A DNA stretch of 64,000 nt from an uncultured Actinomycetota bacterium (lineage in GTDB: Bacteria > Actinomycetota > Humimicrobiia > Humimicrobiales > Humimicrobiaceae), in contig CAZKVH010000003.1 in NCBI GenBank assembly GCA_964556165.1, forward strand, positions 16,270 through 80,269, given 5' to 3'. Under the pieces are notes generated by a model. The model made no database searches and was not told the origin of the DNA. It saw only the letters and a program-made list of their open reading frames with translations. Positions 63,952 to 64,000 of the stretch are shown here, piece by piece. The position numbers were made by a program, and so were the translations under genes. Every line of letters begins with the position of its first letter. Positions within the stretch are counted from its first letter, which is position 1.

Positions 63952-64000
63952 TATCTGATGGGATAAAGGTTTGAAATTTATATGGTAAGAATAAAAAATT

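Noticed and set aside
1-64000. CRISPR arrays, IS elements, prophage genes, rRNA
   Set aside because: I saw no regularly spaced repeats, no transposase/integrase/phage motifs and no rRNA-like sequence. Intergenic gaps are all under about 300 nt.
63982-64000. Start of a hydantoinase B gene
   Set aside because: Only six codons are visible, so it is not listed as a feature.

Overview
This is an AT-rich bacterial chromosomal window made up mostly of housekeeping genes. I found no transposase, integrase, prophage or CRISPR array. Gene order follows conserved actinobacterial blocks: rplM-rpsI..glmM..glmS-acpS-nnr-alr; topA..tmk-holB-tRNA-Thr; and argS-lysA-hom-thrC..sua5/rpiB/glyA..murA. Given the low GC, a deep-branching low-GC Actinomycetota is inferred but not verified. 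Contents in order: end of the L13/S9 operon; an amino-sugar/cell-wall locus (racemase, stand-alone LbH acetyltransferase, glmM, unknown nucleotidyltransferase, nagB, glmS, acpS, nnr, CBS, alr); small lipoproteins; yhhQ; DUF1287; cysK; TPR lytic transglycosylase; patatin; ATP-grasp; nadABC; an archaeal-looking topA; a split fumarase with convergent overlapping genes; tmk-holB-ricT-tRNA-Thr; argS-lysA-hom-thrC followed by an iPGM-family gene where thrB is expected; sppA; a complete Na+-type V/A-ATPase operon; glyA-rpiB-sua5; dCMP deaminase; murA; an LCP/CapD/PglC glycopolymer cluster; a metallophosphoesterase; a GerMN protein; and a hydantoinase/oxoprolinase subunit. The best candidate for something undescribed is the wHTH plus Pol-beta-type nucleotidyltransferase (3932-4846) directly behind an acetyltransferase-only GlmU-like gene and glmM. 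It could be a non-orthologous 'split GlmU' route to UDP-GlcNAc, or a GlmM-linked signalling/modifying enzyme. This is a hypothesis. All family assignments come from recalled motifs; no searches were run.
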